NCBI GenBank assembly: GCA_049967475.1
Contig: JBMFSQ010000007.1
Location: forward strand, 32,001-96,000
DNA: 64,000 nt
Direction: 5' to 3'
From: Chthonomonadales bacterium
Lineage (GTDB): Bacteria > Armatimonadota > Chthonomonadetes > Chthonomonadales > CAJBBX01
Positions 36,201-43,600 of this stretch are shown piece by piece (the first letter of the stretch is position 1; every line of letters begins with the position of its first letter). A model generated the notes under the pieces. It worked only from the letters and a program-made list of their open reading frames with translations, was not told the DNA's origin and searched no databases. Made by a program: the position numbers and the translations under genes.

Positions 36201-38279
36201 CTCACGAATTCTCCGGCGGCGGCCTTAGGGAATACCTACCTGCAATCGGATGGCGGATACCCGATGATTGATGTGCGGGTGCCTGGGCTCTGGCCGAACA
36301 ATCCCGCAGCCAATGCCTTTGGGGCGAATGTGCAGGCTGCGGCCTTAAGGGACTGGGTTACCGGGAATATCCTTTTGGTATGGGCCAGCAACCGGCTTCC
36401 CGGCAACGCGCCTGCGCCTACCGTTCCGGATTCTCCTTGGTATCTCAATTACAGTGTGCTGCGTGCTGTAACGAACCAGGTACCGGCGGTGCAGGCCACG
36501 CTCTTCGACTGGAAATTCGAGCCTGCAAATAAGGCGAGCTGGTGGAACCCGCTGGCCGCGGACCCGCGATACCCGGATGCCGGTACGCCGGTACAGAACC
36601 TCTTCCCGTCCGCGCCGGGCGACGTTCCGGCGGGCCGCACCTCGCCCGTGGTTCCGGGCCAGATCGTGGCGTCCACGGAGCGGCACGGCCTTCCTGCCTT
36701 AGCTGAAACTCCGCCGGGCTCTCAGGCTGCCGCGTGGCTCTTCTGGCAGGGTGCAGTGTACAAGACGTCGGGCTCCAACAGCTATACCCTGGACACACGG
36801 ACCTTCTACACCCCCGTGGATCCTGCAACGGGCGCCCCCCAAACGCCGGCAGGCGGTCCCTATTCCTTCCCCAACGACCCGCGGATGCCGAAGTTCGGCC
36901 CGAAGCCGCTGTTGCTGGGGCCCAATACGGCACTGCTCTTCTGGTACGGAGGCGATCAAGGCCGCACGCGCATCTTCTTCAATGCCAACGGCACCGACCT
37001 AACCAATCCCTCGCGGTGGAGCCGTGACGCAGCCCTGCCCACGCCGGGCTCTCTGGAGTGGGTAGCCAATCCGTCGCCGGTGTTGCGCAACATCAACGGT
37101 ACGCAGTACGTGGACCTGTACTATGCGGGAATGCTGGGATATCGCCGCCAGGCCGAGATTTTGATGACGCGGTATCGGGTGCAGCCCAACGGCAGCCTGG
37201 GTGTGGCTCCTCTCCCGAGAGTGGACAACGAACTGCTCGTGCGGGATGGCACCACTCAAACCTGGACGGCCCGCGGGTTGGCCTGGGTGTATCTGGATCC
37301 GGTGACACGAGGGTACGTAGACGCCAACGGGAACCCACCATACACGATTTGGGTGCAGAGAGCGGATGGAACGGTAATCAGTTTGCTCCAAGGGCGGCCG
37401 TCCTTCGACACGGCCACCGGACGCCTGTACTGGAATTCCGCCCTCGGGGGCCAGTTGGTGGTGGATCCTCAAGCCGGCACCATTACCTTCCCTGGCGTAG
37501 CGCCTGGCCCGGCAGACCGGGTCATCGCCAGCTATACTCCGCAGACTATGCGGATGACCGTAACGCACAACGACACCGGAGCCGAAGTAGGCCCCAATCC
37601 GCCGTCGGATAATGCGTTGGCGCTGCTTCCCTACGTGGCATCGCCGGGGAATAACGTAGCTCCGGTGGCGTTTCTGGACAACGCCTTGCAACCGCAGGTT
37701 CGGTGGGCCAACATCATCAACACCAACAACCCGGCGCAAATGCCTGTTACGCGGCTGTGGCTCCTCTACCAGAAGGAAGGTACGAATGCTGCAACCACGG
37801 CAGGCGTCTATTACAAAACCATGCGCCTGATGATCCGGCTGCCGCGCGGCGTAATCCGCGATCTCAACAATGGCGTGTATACCATCGGGAACCACGTGCG
37901 CATTGCCCCTGCTCCCAACGGTCCTGTAGAGGTGGACTGGGTCCGCGGGCGCCTGTACTTTACCGAGGCGGATGAGGGACGAGAGTTCTCCGTTGAATTC
38001 GACTATGCCCGCGATGCCAACGGCAATCCGGTTACATATCCGGCTACCACGTACCGCGTGGCGTGGCGGGATGAAGGTACCGTGGCCGCCCAGCCCGGCG
38101 ACCAGACGACGGGTGAGACGATCTTGCCTGCAGATGCCAGTGTGGACGAGGGCTCCATCAGCGCCTTCAAGGACCCGTTCCAAGACAAAGTGTGGGTCTT
38201 CTGGTCCAGCACACGCGCTGGGATCTCGGATCTGTACTTCCTCACCTTGAGCCCGCGGTTCTATCCTGTTACGCCGTAA
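30207..38279 (+). CDS. Giant secreted protein (2690 aa): PQQ-type beta-propeller repeats plus two golvesin/CBM-like beta-sandwich domains
   Basis: Signal peptide; 'DWPMHRAG..RQG'; repeated 'DG.(V/L/I)(W/Y)ALDA' and 'G...W.YP' propeller blades; two domains ending 'ADA(V/I)..VP'. Confidence 0.7.
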   Translation: MRHGMLKKTLWTITLLGVASAWSWAQQPWTQYDWPMHRAGTTRQGANGGDHPQPMKKGLTWVWPPTADIPAEIVVDNDPQPVQTPGNVVVKLYGQSFQLTDTGGGNPWQYPATADRGVGAWPPAWSDPNKAGDYYYCKAVQDPTLAALANLSLNGGAFTGLAELQKLPNVDGFLEEPLPAAPFNGRNFYRTVDDALRAAPTYARWSFGTAYPDPTLQGTRNVGGQLLKAGQRYAVYIRYPSSSTSTNTVFNDGQPHPNSDWVFVRVSWGDVNNPTDDRVHSRIFMLNFGDTGGYWKRVRSSANEDRYFPYDGVHPITVTLYAVTTSDRNELGVQTIIPADAVRLVPEAMRGDIHAPAASAAFPPGSDPVTTPGSVLRTYFGRDETVSPQLVWTLQQAQQAPATGTFLPIPFDPGQAPTPSNGNNPQIDDPTTSIRSAVFYCFEDDVLNGVYGKLRWRYVARSSPAAPAIIDDHGPPYGAGDPFIAQGNWTLVNDPGPLQSYGGTYETAVSTTDPQQAATATWTANLPIMNTSYSVFVWIPAGPGPNPNFAHAATYTLATDSGVQTYVLDQRNTDPLANPNAGLVGTWRRLAQGVRFPTAVVNGQSVSQAVLTLTNVHPTTDGSTDPNKDPSGDALNNRVVVADAIQIVPDTAPANSVVAAPLIANVTWPSGTQRQVVYFATTDGHVWALDAGGVANTTLTTVYWVYPSVDNPDPAVRNQLPNPGQYVAPDKDPNYLPDPTSDRPQQGIDGDLEPKAGSTGKVINQTTKAPDLGPFTSSPLYVEVLKGNTRLRLIVIGNSNGRIYALDAAGRTNQDPNIGPVNEPFPATFAAAPNNPGIPGTTRRLMTWPTLGRDVWLQKGGLLLGQPDPKNWPLQYPDQPSKGSFTASLTAAVDNNGSTALVIAPAAESSNHGHVYAVDLQSLDPSVRISNPNNNSSPVWQYPGPQTALDPITYPGALTPQGKFIFSSFGPNGGRVYAIDTASLTNGVPTLKWVYPFTSTPPGQPNPGDQSGDTTPFTAPVWVSQVTPAFNNGNEVVFVANTDGTLYALDATQTGGAAPAVLWQSLPQGTTRASAVYIPGWVPQVRPGVPQTQPVPALIQPYDTGIISAFDATTGRLVWTYPDGAIGSVPLQLGPQNGPYNAQQFATGNVWRGADATLANNWMYEGTEGNQDAGEIFGQMRAYWNASVGTVTPGEPGVNPEQNQVDIRLVNLWNGANDNPTGPFDDFGATNNAKSPANEWANARPSTQGNVTIYEWGDSIKVAAWGAYTGSVLPQVTFRLSSGTQNVQQQVMAVPDTAFVQNVTINGQAAAPWVAKTVFQLGRGSQVMAQTPGRKYEVFAQAQINSGGSIFTTYQLAAGQSLQPFSPEPPITNGPDDAGKPRVVVVANPLALSTRGAPANLGVGPGFLNAIGWSNNTPPDNVQGDISEFIENGNRLGTLDNQGNITPGNFKDIAAPVGALGHGTSGMYMGVDDNGNAVPALFAADRSNLFKLKQPLLLRAEARDLEWFWNLADGNSVHQATGNVMNPLPWEVFPNTIPNTSPDYPNIDRSKLVIRGNGIDLSKNALALPNATVSGGNKILSPMRLDLQVDVPKYQPANVNTAYYDINTTRSGSVLNPRKLVAPLKISTGTDVSGDPNLKRLMQPSAGYVAPVLVYVDSNNNGRFDGTTNTGSTVQAGGSAVQEVFRQMNVGVCVLPDLRMRTEEATLDVGKAPHSLGYSPVLPFGPSQVGPWSGLVSPFDDPNGHTYFVPFTVKNEGNVNLVNLRVAKIAAPAGADVTNPAFWAQLASDQVEPSTGVGAISAVPFFPLSGQGGTGNIGIVSVLDHSRGPNPQFEIDYTSAFGKPNFWPVPDAYVSASNPLATAGAPDVPAPYAAGALPQPTLHKPRPGDPGPTVLSVPDVAYGDPNNLLGPLGSAARPKVGVAIPLGTPAGTYSAPIYVFEDWMPIQWRQWLAAYYGSDPYAGYGNDGILETQAGASQPLEAVVNPAFTLKVTVKEARLTNSPAAALGNTYLQSDGGYPMIDVRVPGLWPNNPAANAFGANVQAAALRDWVTGNILLVWASNRLPGNAPAPTVPDSPWYLNYSVLRAVTNQVPAVQATLFDWKFEPANKASWWNPLAADPRYPDAGTPVQNLFPSAPGDVPAGRTSPVVPGQIVASTERHGLPALAETPPGSQAAAWLFWQGAVYKTSGSNSYTLDTRTFYTPVDPATGAPQTPAGGPYSFPNDPRMPKFGPKPLLLGPNTALLFWYGGDQGRTRIFFNANGTDLTNPSRWSRDAALPTPGSLEWVANPSPVLRNINGTQYVDLYYAGMLGYRRQAEILMTRYRVQPNGSLGVAPLPRVDNELLVRDGTTQTWTARGLAWVYLDPVTRGYVDANGNPPYTIWVQRADGTVISLLQGRPSFDTATGRLYWNSALGGQLVVDPQAGTITFPGVAPGPADRVIASYTPQTMRMTVTHNDTGAEVGPNPPSDNALALLPYVASPGNNVAPVAFLDNALQPQVRWANIINTNNPAQMPVTRLWLLYQKEGTNAATTAGVYYKTMRLMIRLPRGVIRDLNNGVYTIGNHVRIAPAPNGPVEVDWVRGRLYFTEADEGREFSVEFDYARDANGNPVTYPATTYRVAWRDEGTVAAQPGDQTTGETILPADASVDEGSISAFKDPFQDKVWVFWSSTRAGISDLYFLTLSPRFYPVTP

Positions 38280-38330
38280 TGAATTCCGGCAGGCGGGCAG
38301 GTTATTGAAGGTTGAATGGCGAATGATAAG

Positions 38331-38369
38331 GATGGCGCCCTGCGTAACGCGTGCAGGCAGGGCGCCGTC
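38331..38369 (+). terminator. 13-bp hairpin closing the giant-gene cassette
   Basis: GATGGCGCCCTGC ... GCAGGGCGCCGTC (one G-U pair); no clear U-tract. Confidence 0.45.
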
Positions 38370-38401
38370 TAATGGCAGCGAGCCGTAAAGCGCATGCGCG
38401 C

Positions 38402-38430
38402 TTGACACAGGCAGGCAAAGTTGCTACAAT
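38402..38430 (+). promoter_or_regulatory. Near-consensus sigma70 promoter for pilMNOP-secretin
   Basis: TTGACA - 17 nt - TACAAT with extended TG. Confidence 0.8.
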
Positions 38431-38547
38431 CAGGAGTAGTGGGCCGATCCATCTTCTCCGCAGACCACAGGCATCCCGGAGGGTTTTGTGCCTGATGGGC
38501 GGGTGCCTGAGGATCGTGGGCGCGTTTGAAGCGGGAGAACACTGAGA

Positions 38548-39876
38548 ATGGCAAAGTCGGGCGGGCCGACCGTAGGTCTGGACATCGGATCGAAGCACAT
38601 CAAGGTTGCTGAGTTGGTACCAGGGCGCAACGGGCCTACCCTCCGTGCGCTTGGGGTGGCGCCTACCCCCGCCGAGGCCGTGGAAAACAGCGTCATCGTA
38701 GATCCGCAGTTGCTGGGGCAGGCGGTAAAGAAGCTTCTCAAGGAATCCGGCATTTCTACCAAGAATTCCGTAAGCTCCCTTTCGGGCCAAACCGCTCTGG
38801 TGGTTCGCGTAATCGAGGTTCCCCGTATGTCGGAGTCGGAACTCGCCGAGACGATGAAGTGGGAGGTGGAACGGCACGTGCCGTTTGCGGCGAGTGAAGT
38901 GATCATGGACTTCCAGCCCATCGAGCGTGAGGACACCCCTGCAGACGCCCAGAATATGGAGGTTCTTCTGGCTGTGGCCCAGCAGGATATGGTGGACCGC
39001 CATGTGGAGATGCTCTTCGCGGCCGGGCTCTCTCCCTCCGCAATCGATGTGGAACCGTTGGCGGTGTCCAGGAGCCTCATCGAGCTGGGTCCCGATCCTT
39101 ACGGGCATCGGACGATTGCCATCATCAACATCGGCGCCTCCAATACCGATATCGGCATCTTCCGGGACGGCATTCTAGCGTTCCCGCGCACGCTGCCTCT
39201 TGCGGGGGACAGCCTCACGCGGGCCATTGCTGCTCAGATGGGGGTGACCGAGGATCAGGCCGAGGAGCTCAAGCTCAAGTACGGCGAAGTCATTATGGAT
39301 CAGCCGATCCAGCAGGCGGTTCCGCCGGCGGACGCCTTCCTAGACTTTGGTGCACAGCCCACGCAGGAAGAGGCTCAGCAGCCATCCGCTCCCATGCCCT
39401 TCGACTTTTCGACCGCTACTACGGAGCCGGCGCAACCGGCGGAGGCTCCTGCCTTCGACCTTGGGGAAGAGCCTGCCGAGAATGCGCCGGTTCCTGCGCC
39501 TGTGGCTCAGCATGACCCCACGACCCTGCAGATGTTCAGCGCCATGGCGCCTGTGCTGGGCGAGCTGCTTACGGAACTGCGGCGTTCCTTGGAATACTAC
39601 CGAGGGCGCACATCAGACGGGCAGATTGATGAGATCCTCCTGTGCGGCGGATCTTCGCGGCTGAAGGGTTTGGCCGAATTTCTTTCATCAGAGCTGCAGA
39701 TCCCGGCCCGCGTGGCGGATCCGCTCCAATACGTTACAGTGAATGCGCGGAACTTCTCGCAGGAATATCTCGCGGAACTCGCTCCCTCTCTGGCGGTAGC
39801 GATCGGATTGGCAGCGCGGGATATGGTTGCTGGACCCGTTCCTGCAGGGGGCGGGAAGCGCGGGAAGAAGAGGTAA
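38548..39876 (+). CDS. pilM: Type IV pilus assembly protein PilM
   Basis: 'VGLDIGS..IKVAEL', 'E...VPF...EV..DF', 'LLAVA', 'INIGA..T', 'LLCGGSSRL.GL', 'A.AIGLA'. Confidence 0.93.
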   Translation: MAKSGGPTVGLDIGSKHIKVAELVPGRNGPTLRALGVAPTPAEAVENSVIVDPQLLGQAVKKLLKESGISTKNSVSSLSGQTALVVRVIEVPRMSESELAETMKWEVERHVPFAASEVIMDFQPIEREDTPADAQNMEVLLAVAQQDMVDRHVEMLFAAGLSPSAIDVEPLAVSRSLIELGPDPYGHRTIAIINIGASNTDIGIFRDGILAFPRTLPLAGDSLTRAIAAQMGVTEDQAEELKLKYGEVIMDQPIQQAVPPADAFLDFGAQPTQEEAQQPSAPMPFDFSTATTEPAQPAEAPAFDLGEEPAENAPVPAPVAQHDPTTLQMFSAMAPVLGELLTELRRSLEYYRGRTSDGQIDEILLCGGSSRLKGLAEFLSSELQIPARVADPLQYVTVNARNFSQEYLAELAPSLAVAIGLAARDMVAGPVPAGGGKRGKKR

Positions 39877-39887
39877 GGAGGCTGGGA

Positions 39888-40862
39888 ATGCTCAGGATCA
39901 ACCTGCTGCCGCCGTACATTTACGAAGGCGCGAAACGGCGCAATGCGATCGTGCTTTGGAGCGTCATCGTTGCGCTGGTGATCGGCGGGGCCGTTTTCGG
40001 TAAGGTTCAGTTGGACAAAAAGGCGCAGCAGATCAAAGAAGACACGGCGGCCCTCCAGCCGCAGCAGGCTGAAGCGAAGCAGACGCAGGCCAAAGCCGAT
40101 GCAATCAACACCGAGATCGCCAGCCTCAAGGCGAAGGCCGACTTCGTGCGCGACGCCCTCCACTACGATGTGGACACCTATCCCACCCTCTTCAACAATG
40201 TTCGCGATTACACGATTTCGCGCGTGCTCTACAGCAGCGTGATCCCGGCGAACCAGACCATCACCTGTTCCGCATACGCTCCGAGCCTCGCAGATGTAGG
40301 CCACTATCTACTCGCAATGGAGCGTAATCCGAAGATCACCAACGTGAGCATCGCACTCAACACCATTCCTGCGTTTCCTGTGAGCAAAGCGGCCTCGAAC
40401 CAGCCTGCCGGCGGCATGATGGGGCCCATGACCGGGATGGAAATGCCCGGTATGGGCGGCTCCATGATGGGAGGAGCGCCGTTGATGGGCGGCATGCCCC
40501 CGATGGGTGGGAGCATGATGGGCGGTATGCCTCCAATGGGTGGAATGGGCGCAAGGATGCCCGGCTTCGGCGGCGGAGGGCAGCAAACGGCTTCCACACC
40601 GCGTCTGCCCGGAGGGATCGGTCACGACTTTACTGCCACCTTAACCCTGGTGAACCCCGTGCCGGCAGCGCCGGTATATCCCCCAGCCGGCGGTGGCGAG
40701 GCTGCAGGCGCGGCGGGAGGCTTGGGAGGAATGATGGGTCCGATGGGCGGCAGCGGCATGGGCGGAATGAGCATGCCCATGGGCGGTAGCGGAATGGGTG
40801 GAATGAGCATGCCCATGGGCGGAATGATGGGCGGGCGCGCCCGCGGAAGGAGGGCCCAGTAG
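39888..40862 (+). CDS. PilN-like protein with Gly/Met-rich segments
   Basis: N-terminal 'INLLP' PilM-binding motif, TM, coiled coil; follows pilM. ATG after GGAGG. Confidence 0.8.
   Translation: MLRINLLPPYIYEGAKRRNAIVLWSVIVALVIGGAVFGKVQLDKKAQQIKEDTAALQPQQAEAKQTQAKADAINTEIASLKAKADFVRDALHYDVDTYPTLFNNVRDYTISRVLYSSVIPANQTITCSAYAPSLADVGHYLLAMERNPKITNVSIALNTIPAFPVSKAASNQPAGGMMGPMTGMEMPGMGGSMMGGAPLMGGMPPMGGSMMGGMPPMGGMGARMPGFGGGGQQTASTPRLPGGIGHDFTATLTLVNPVPAAPVYPPAGGGEAAGAAGGLGGMMGPMGGSGMGGMSMPMGGSGMGGMSMPMGGMMGGRARGRRAQ
40743..40814 (+). repeat. 36-nt tandem repeat x2 (MGGSGMGGMSMP) in the PilN-like gene
   Basis: ATGGGCGGCAGCGGCATGGGCGGAATGAGCATGCCC / ATGGGCGGTAGCGGAATGGGTGGAATGAGCATGCCC. Confidence 0.85.
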
Positions 40863-40863
40863 C

Positions 40864-41733
40864 ATGTCGCGGCTTACACTGCTCCACATCCATCTGATTG
40901 GGTTGTTCGTCGCCATCGTTGTTGGGCTGGGCCTCTACTTTTTGGTGATCACGAAGGCGCAAGAACAGATCAAGACGAACCAACAGGAATACGAAGCCGT
41001 AAAGGCCGATGCCGACAAGCTGCCCGCTGCCAAGGCGGCTCTCAAGAAGGCCCAGGAAGACAAGGCCCGCACCGAACGGGACTACGCCTTCTACAACGCC
41101 AACTACATGCCGGTACTCGGCTATACCAACGATCGCGTTACCACTATGGCGCGCGTTTGGTGGCCGAACAACGGCAAATCATGGCCGGAGCGGTTTATCG
41201 CCGGTGTGCGACGCTTCATGGATGCGGAGCGTAAGAAGTATGGGGTGCAGTGGCTAAACCCCGAGGTGATTACCATGGGCCCCTTCGGCCCGGATCCTAA
41301 CAGCATAGACATGGGGGACGCCAACAACACGCTTAAGTTCGGTCCGTACGCCCTATCGGTGCAGGCCAAGAGCTATCCGTTGGTGATGGCCCACCTGAAG
41401 GATTGGACTTCTGTACGCGGGTTGGGCGTACCTACCGTGGAAGGTGTCACGCTCACGGGTACCAGCCCGAAGCTGATAGCGAGCTATGCCGTAACGTTCA
41501 CAGTGATCCTCAAAGAGAAGGTGCCGCCGACCGATCCTCGGGTTGGCGGTGCCGGCGGAGGACGCGGCGGCTTCGGCGCCATGGGCGGACCTGGCGGGAT
41601 GATGTTTGGTCCCGGCGGGCCGATGGGCGGCTCCATGATGGGAGGGAGCATGCCGATGATGGGGCAGCCCTCTTCCATGCCCGGGATGGGTCCTGGCGGC
41701 GGCAAGCGTGGCGGCGCGGCTGCTGTCGAATGA
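40864..41733 (+). CDS. PilO-like protein with Gly/Met-rich C-terminal tail
   Basis: N-terminal TM, coiled coil, ferredoxin-like 'LSVQAKSY..VMAHL' region; position after pilN. Sequence is divergent. Confidence 0.65.
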   Translation: MSRLTLLHIHLIGLFVAIVVGLGLYFLVITKAQEQIKTNQQEYEAVKADADKLPAAKAALKKAQEDKARTERDYAFYNANYMPVLGYTNDRVTTMARVWWPNNGKSWPERFIAGVRRFMDAERKKYGVQWLNPEVITMGPFGPDPNSIDMGDANNTLKFGPYALSVQAKSYPLVMAHLKDWTSVRGLGVPTVEGVTLTGTSPKLIASYAVTFTVILKEKVPPTDPRVGGAGGGRGGFGAMGGPGGMMFGPGGPMGGSMMGGSMPMMGQPSSMPGMGPGGGKRGGAAAVE

Positions 41734-41758
41734 TGGTCCTCAGGGCGAAAGGGGTACT

Positions 41759-42565
41759 ATGTTGAAACAGAGAAGAGCGTTCATCATTGGGGTGTCCAGA
41801 GCCGCAGGGGCGATTGCATTGATCGCTCTCCTTGCGGGTTGCAGCGGCGGCGGGGACACGGGTACCCAGCAGACGGCCTCATCCGGCGCAGCCGGTGGAA
41901 CTGGGGCAGGCGCCTCGACCGGCCCGATGATGGGCCCGACCATGGGGGGATCGGGTATGGGCATCCCTACCGGCCCCATGGGCGGCAGCATGATGGGTGG
42001 AATGGGCGGAATGATGGGCGGCGGGGGCGCCAACGGTGCAGCGCAGACAGCAGCCGTGCCTCCAAAGAATACGACGCCGCCGGCACATCGCGTGGATCCC
42101 TTTATGCCGTGGTGGGACACTACCCCGCCGCCGCCGCCGGTTCTTTCGGTGGTGGCGCCTGTGCGCGTAGCCATCACGGATTCGGCAGCAAAGCAGAACC
42201 AGCCCGGCATCGAAATCAAGGAGGTGCCGAACCGGCGGGTAGCGGGGATCCTCAGCGGCAATGGCGTGTATGCGCTGATTGATGGCCCGGAAGGCCAGAC
42301 CGTTGTGAAACCGGGAGATGTAATTGACGATTACCGCGTCGCCGCAATCAACCCTGATTCGGTGGTGCTTAAGAAGGAAGTGAAGGTGGGCTCGCTGAAG
42401 CAAACCTTCACTCAGGTCGTTCCCCTTACAGATGTGGGGACGAGCATGGGCGGCCAAACCAGAGGTCCCGTCTACGGAGGCCCGGGTGGCCCTGGAGCTC
42501 CCAGGGGCATCTTTCCGGGATTAGGTGGAGGCGGCAAATTCGGAGGTGGAGCTCGTGTGGAATGA
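41759..42565 (+). CDS. PilP-like lipoprotein with Gly/Met-rich disordered segment
   Basis: Lipobox LLAG|C; 'RVDPF' motif; 'VAGIL...YALI......VVKPGD.I..YRV.AI..DSVVL' PilP/GspC HR-like domain. Confidence 0.75.
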   Translation: MLKQRRAFIIGVSRAAGAIALIALLAGCSGGGDTGTQQTASSGAAGGTGAGASTGPMMGPTMGGSGMGIPTGPMGGSMMGGMGGMMGGGGANGAAQTAAVPPKNTTPPAHRVDPFMPWWDTTPPPPPVLSVVAPVRVAITDSAAKQNQPGIEIKEVPNRRVAGILSGNGVYALIDGPEGQTVVKPGDVIDDYRVAAINPDSVVLKKEVKVGSLKQTFTQVVPLTDVGTSMGGQTRGPVYGGPGGPGAPRGIFPGLGGGGKFGGGARVE

Positions 42566-42671
42566 CGGCGGGTGGCACGGTATGCCGCCTGCCGAGGCCA
42601 GAGGATTCAGCCGGTTGAACCGCGAATTCTCATGTATGGGGGGCGTAAAGGGCCCCGGGAGGATCTTTGGA

Positions 42672-43421
<750 letters not shown>

Positions 43422-43600
43422 AACGCGTGGCCCGCGGCAGGGCCTCGAACGAACGTCGCGGGCACTGTAAAGACAACGACAATGCGCAGGGAACGGGGGT
43501 GCGCGTCAGCAGGAGTGCACCCGCCGGTCCCGCACGAAGTAAGGAACCACAGTCCTGCCTTTAGCGGGCAGGGGGTAGGGCTTTAAAGGAGGGCAATCGA

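Noticed and set aside
38431..38547. c-di-GMP riboswitch upstream of pilM
   Set aside because: Consensus elements of class I/II c-di-GMP riboswitches were not recognisable; kept only as a generic structured leader.
39642..39887. Upstream extensions of ORF-track calls (also at 2923, 17954, 42525, 52472, 53131, 55526, 61067)
   Set aside because: They overlap neighbouring genes or lack an SD; downstream starts fit the family N-termini better.
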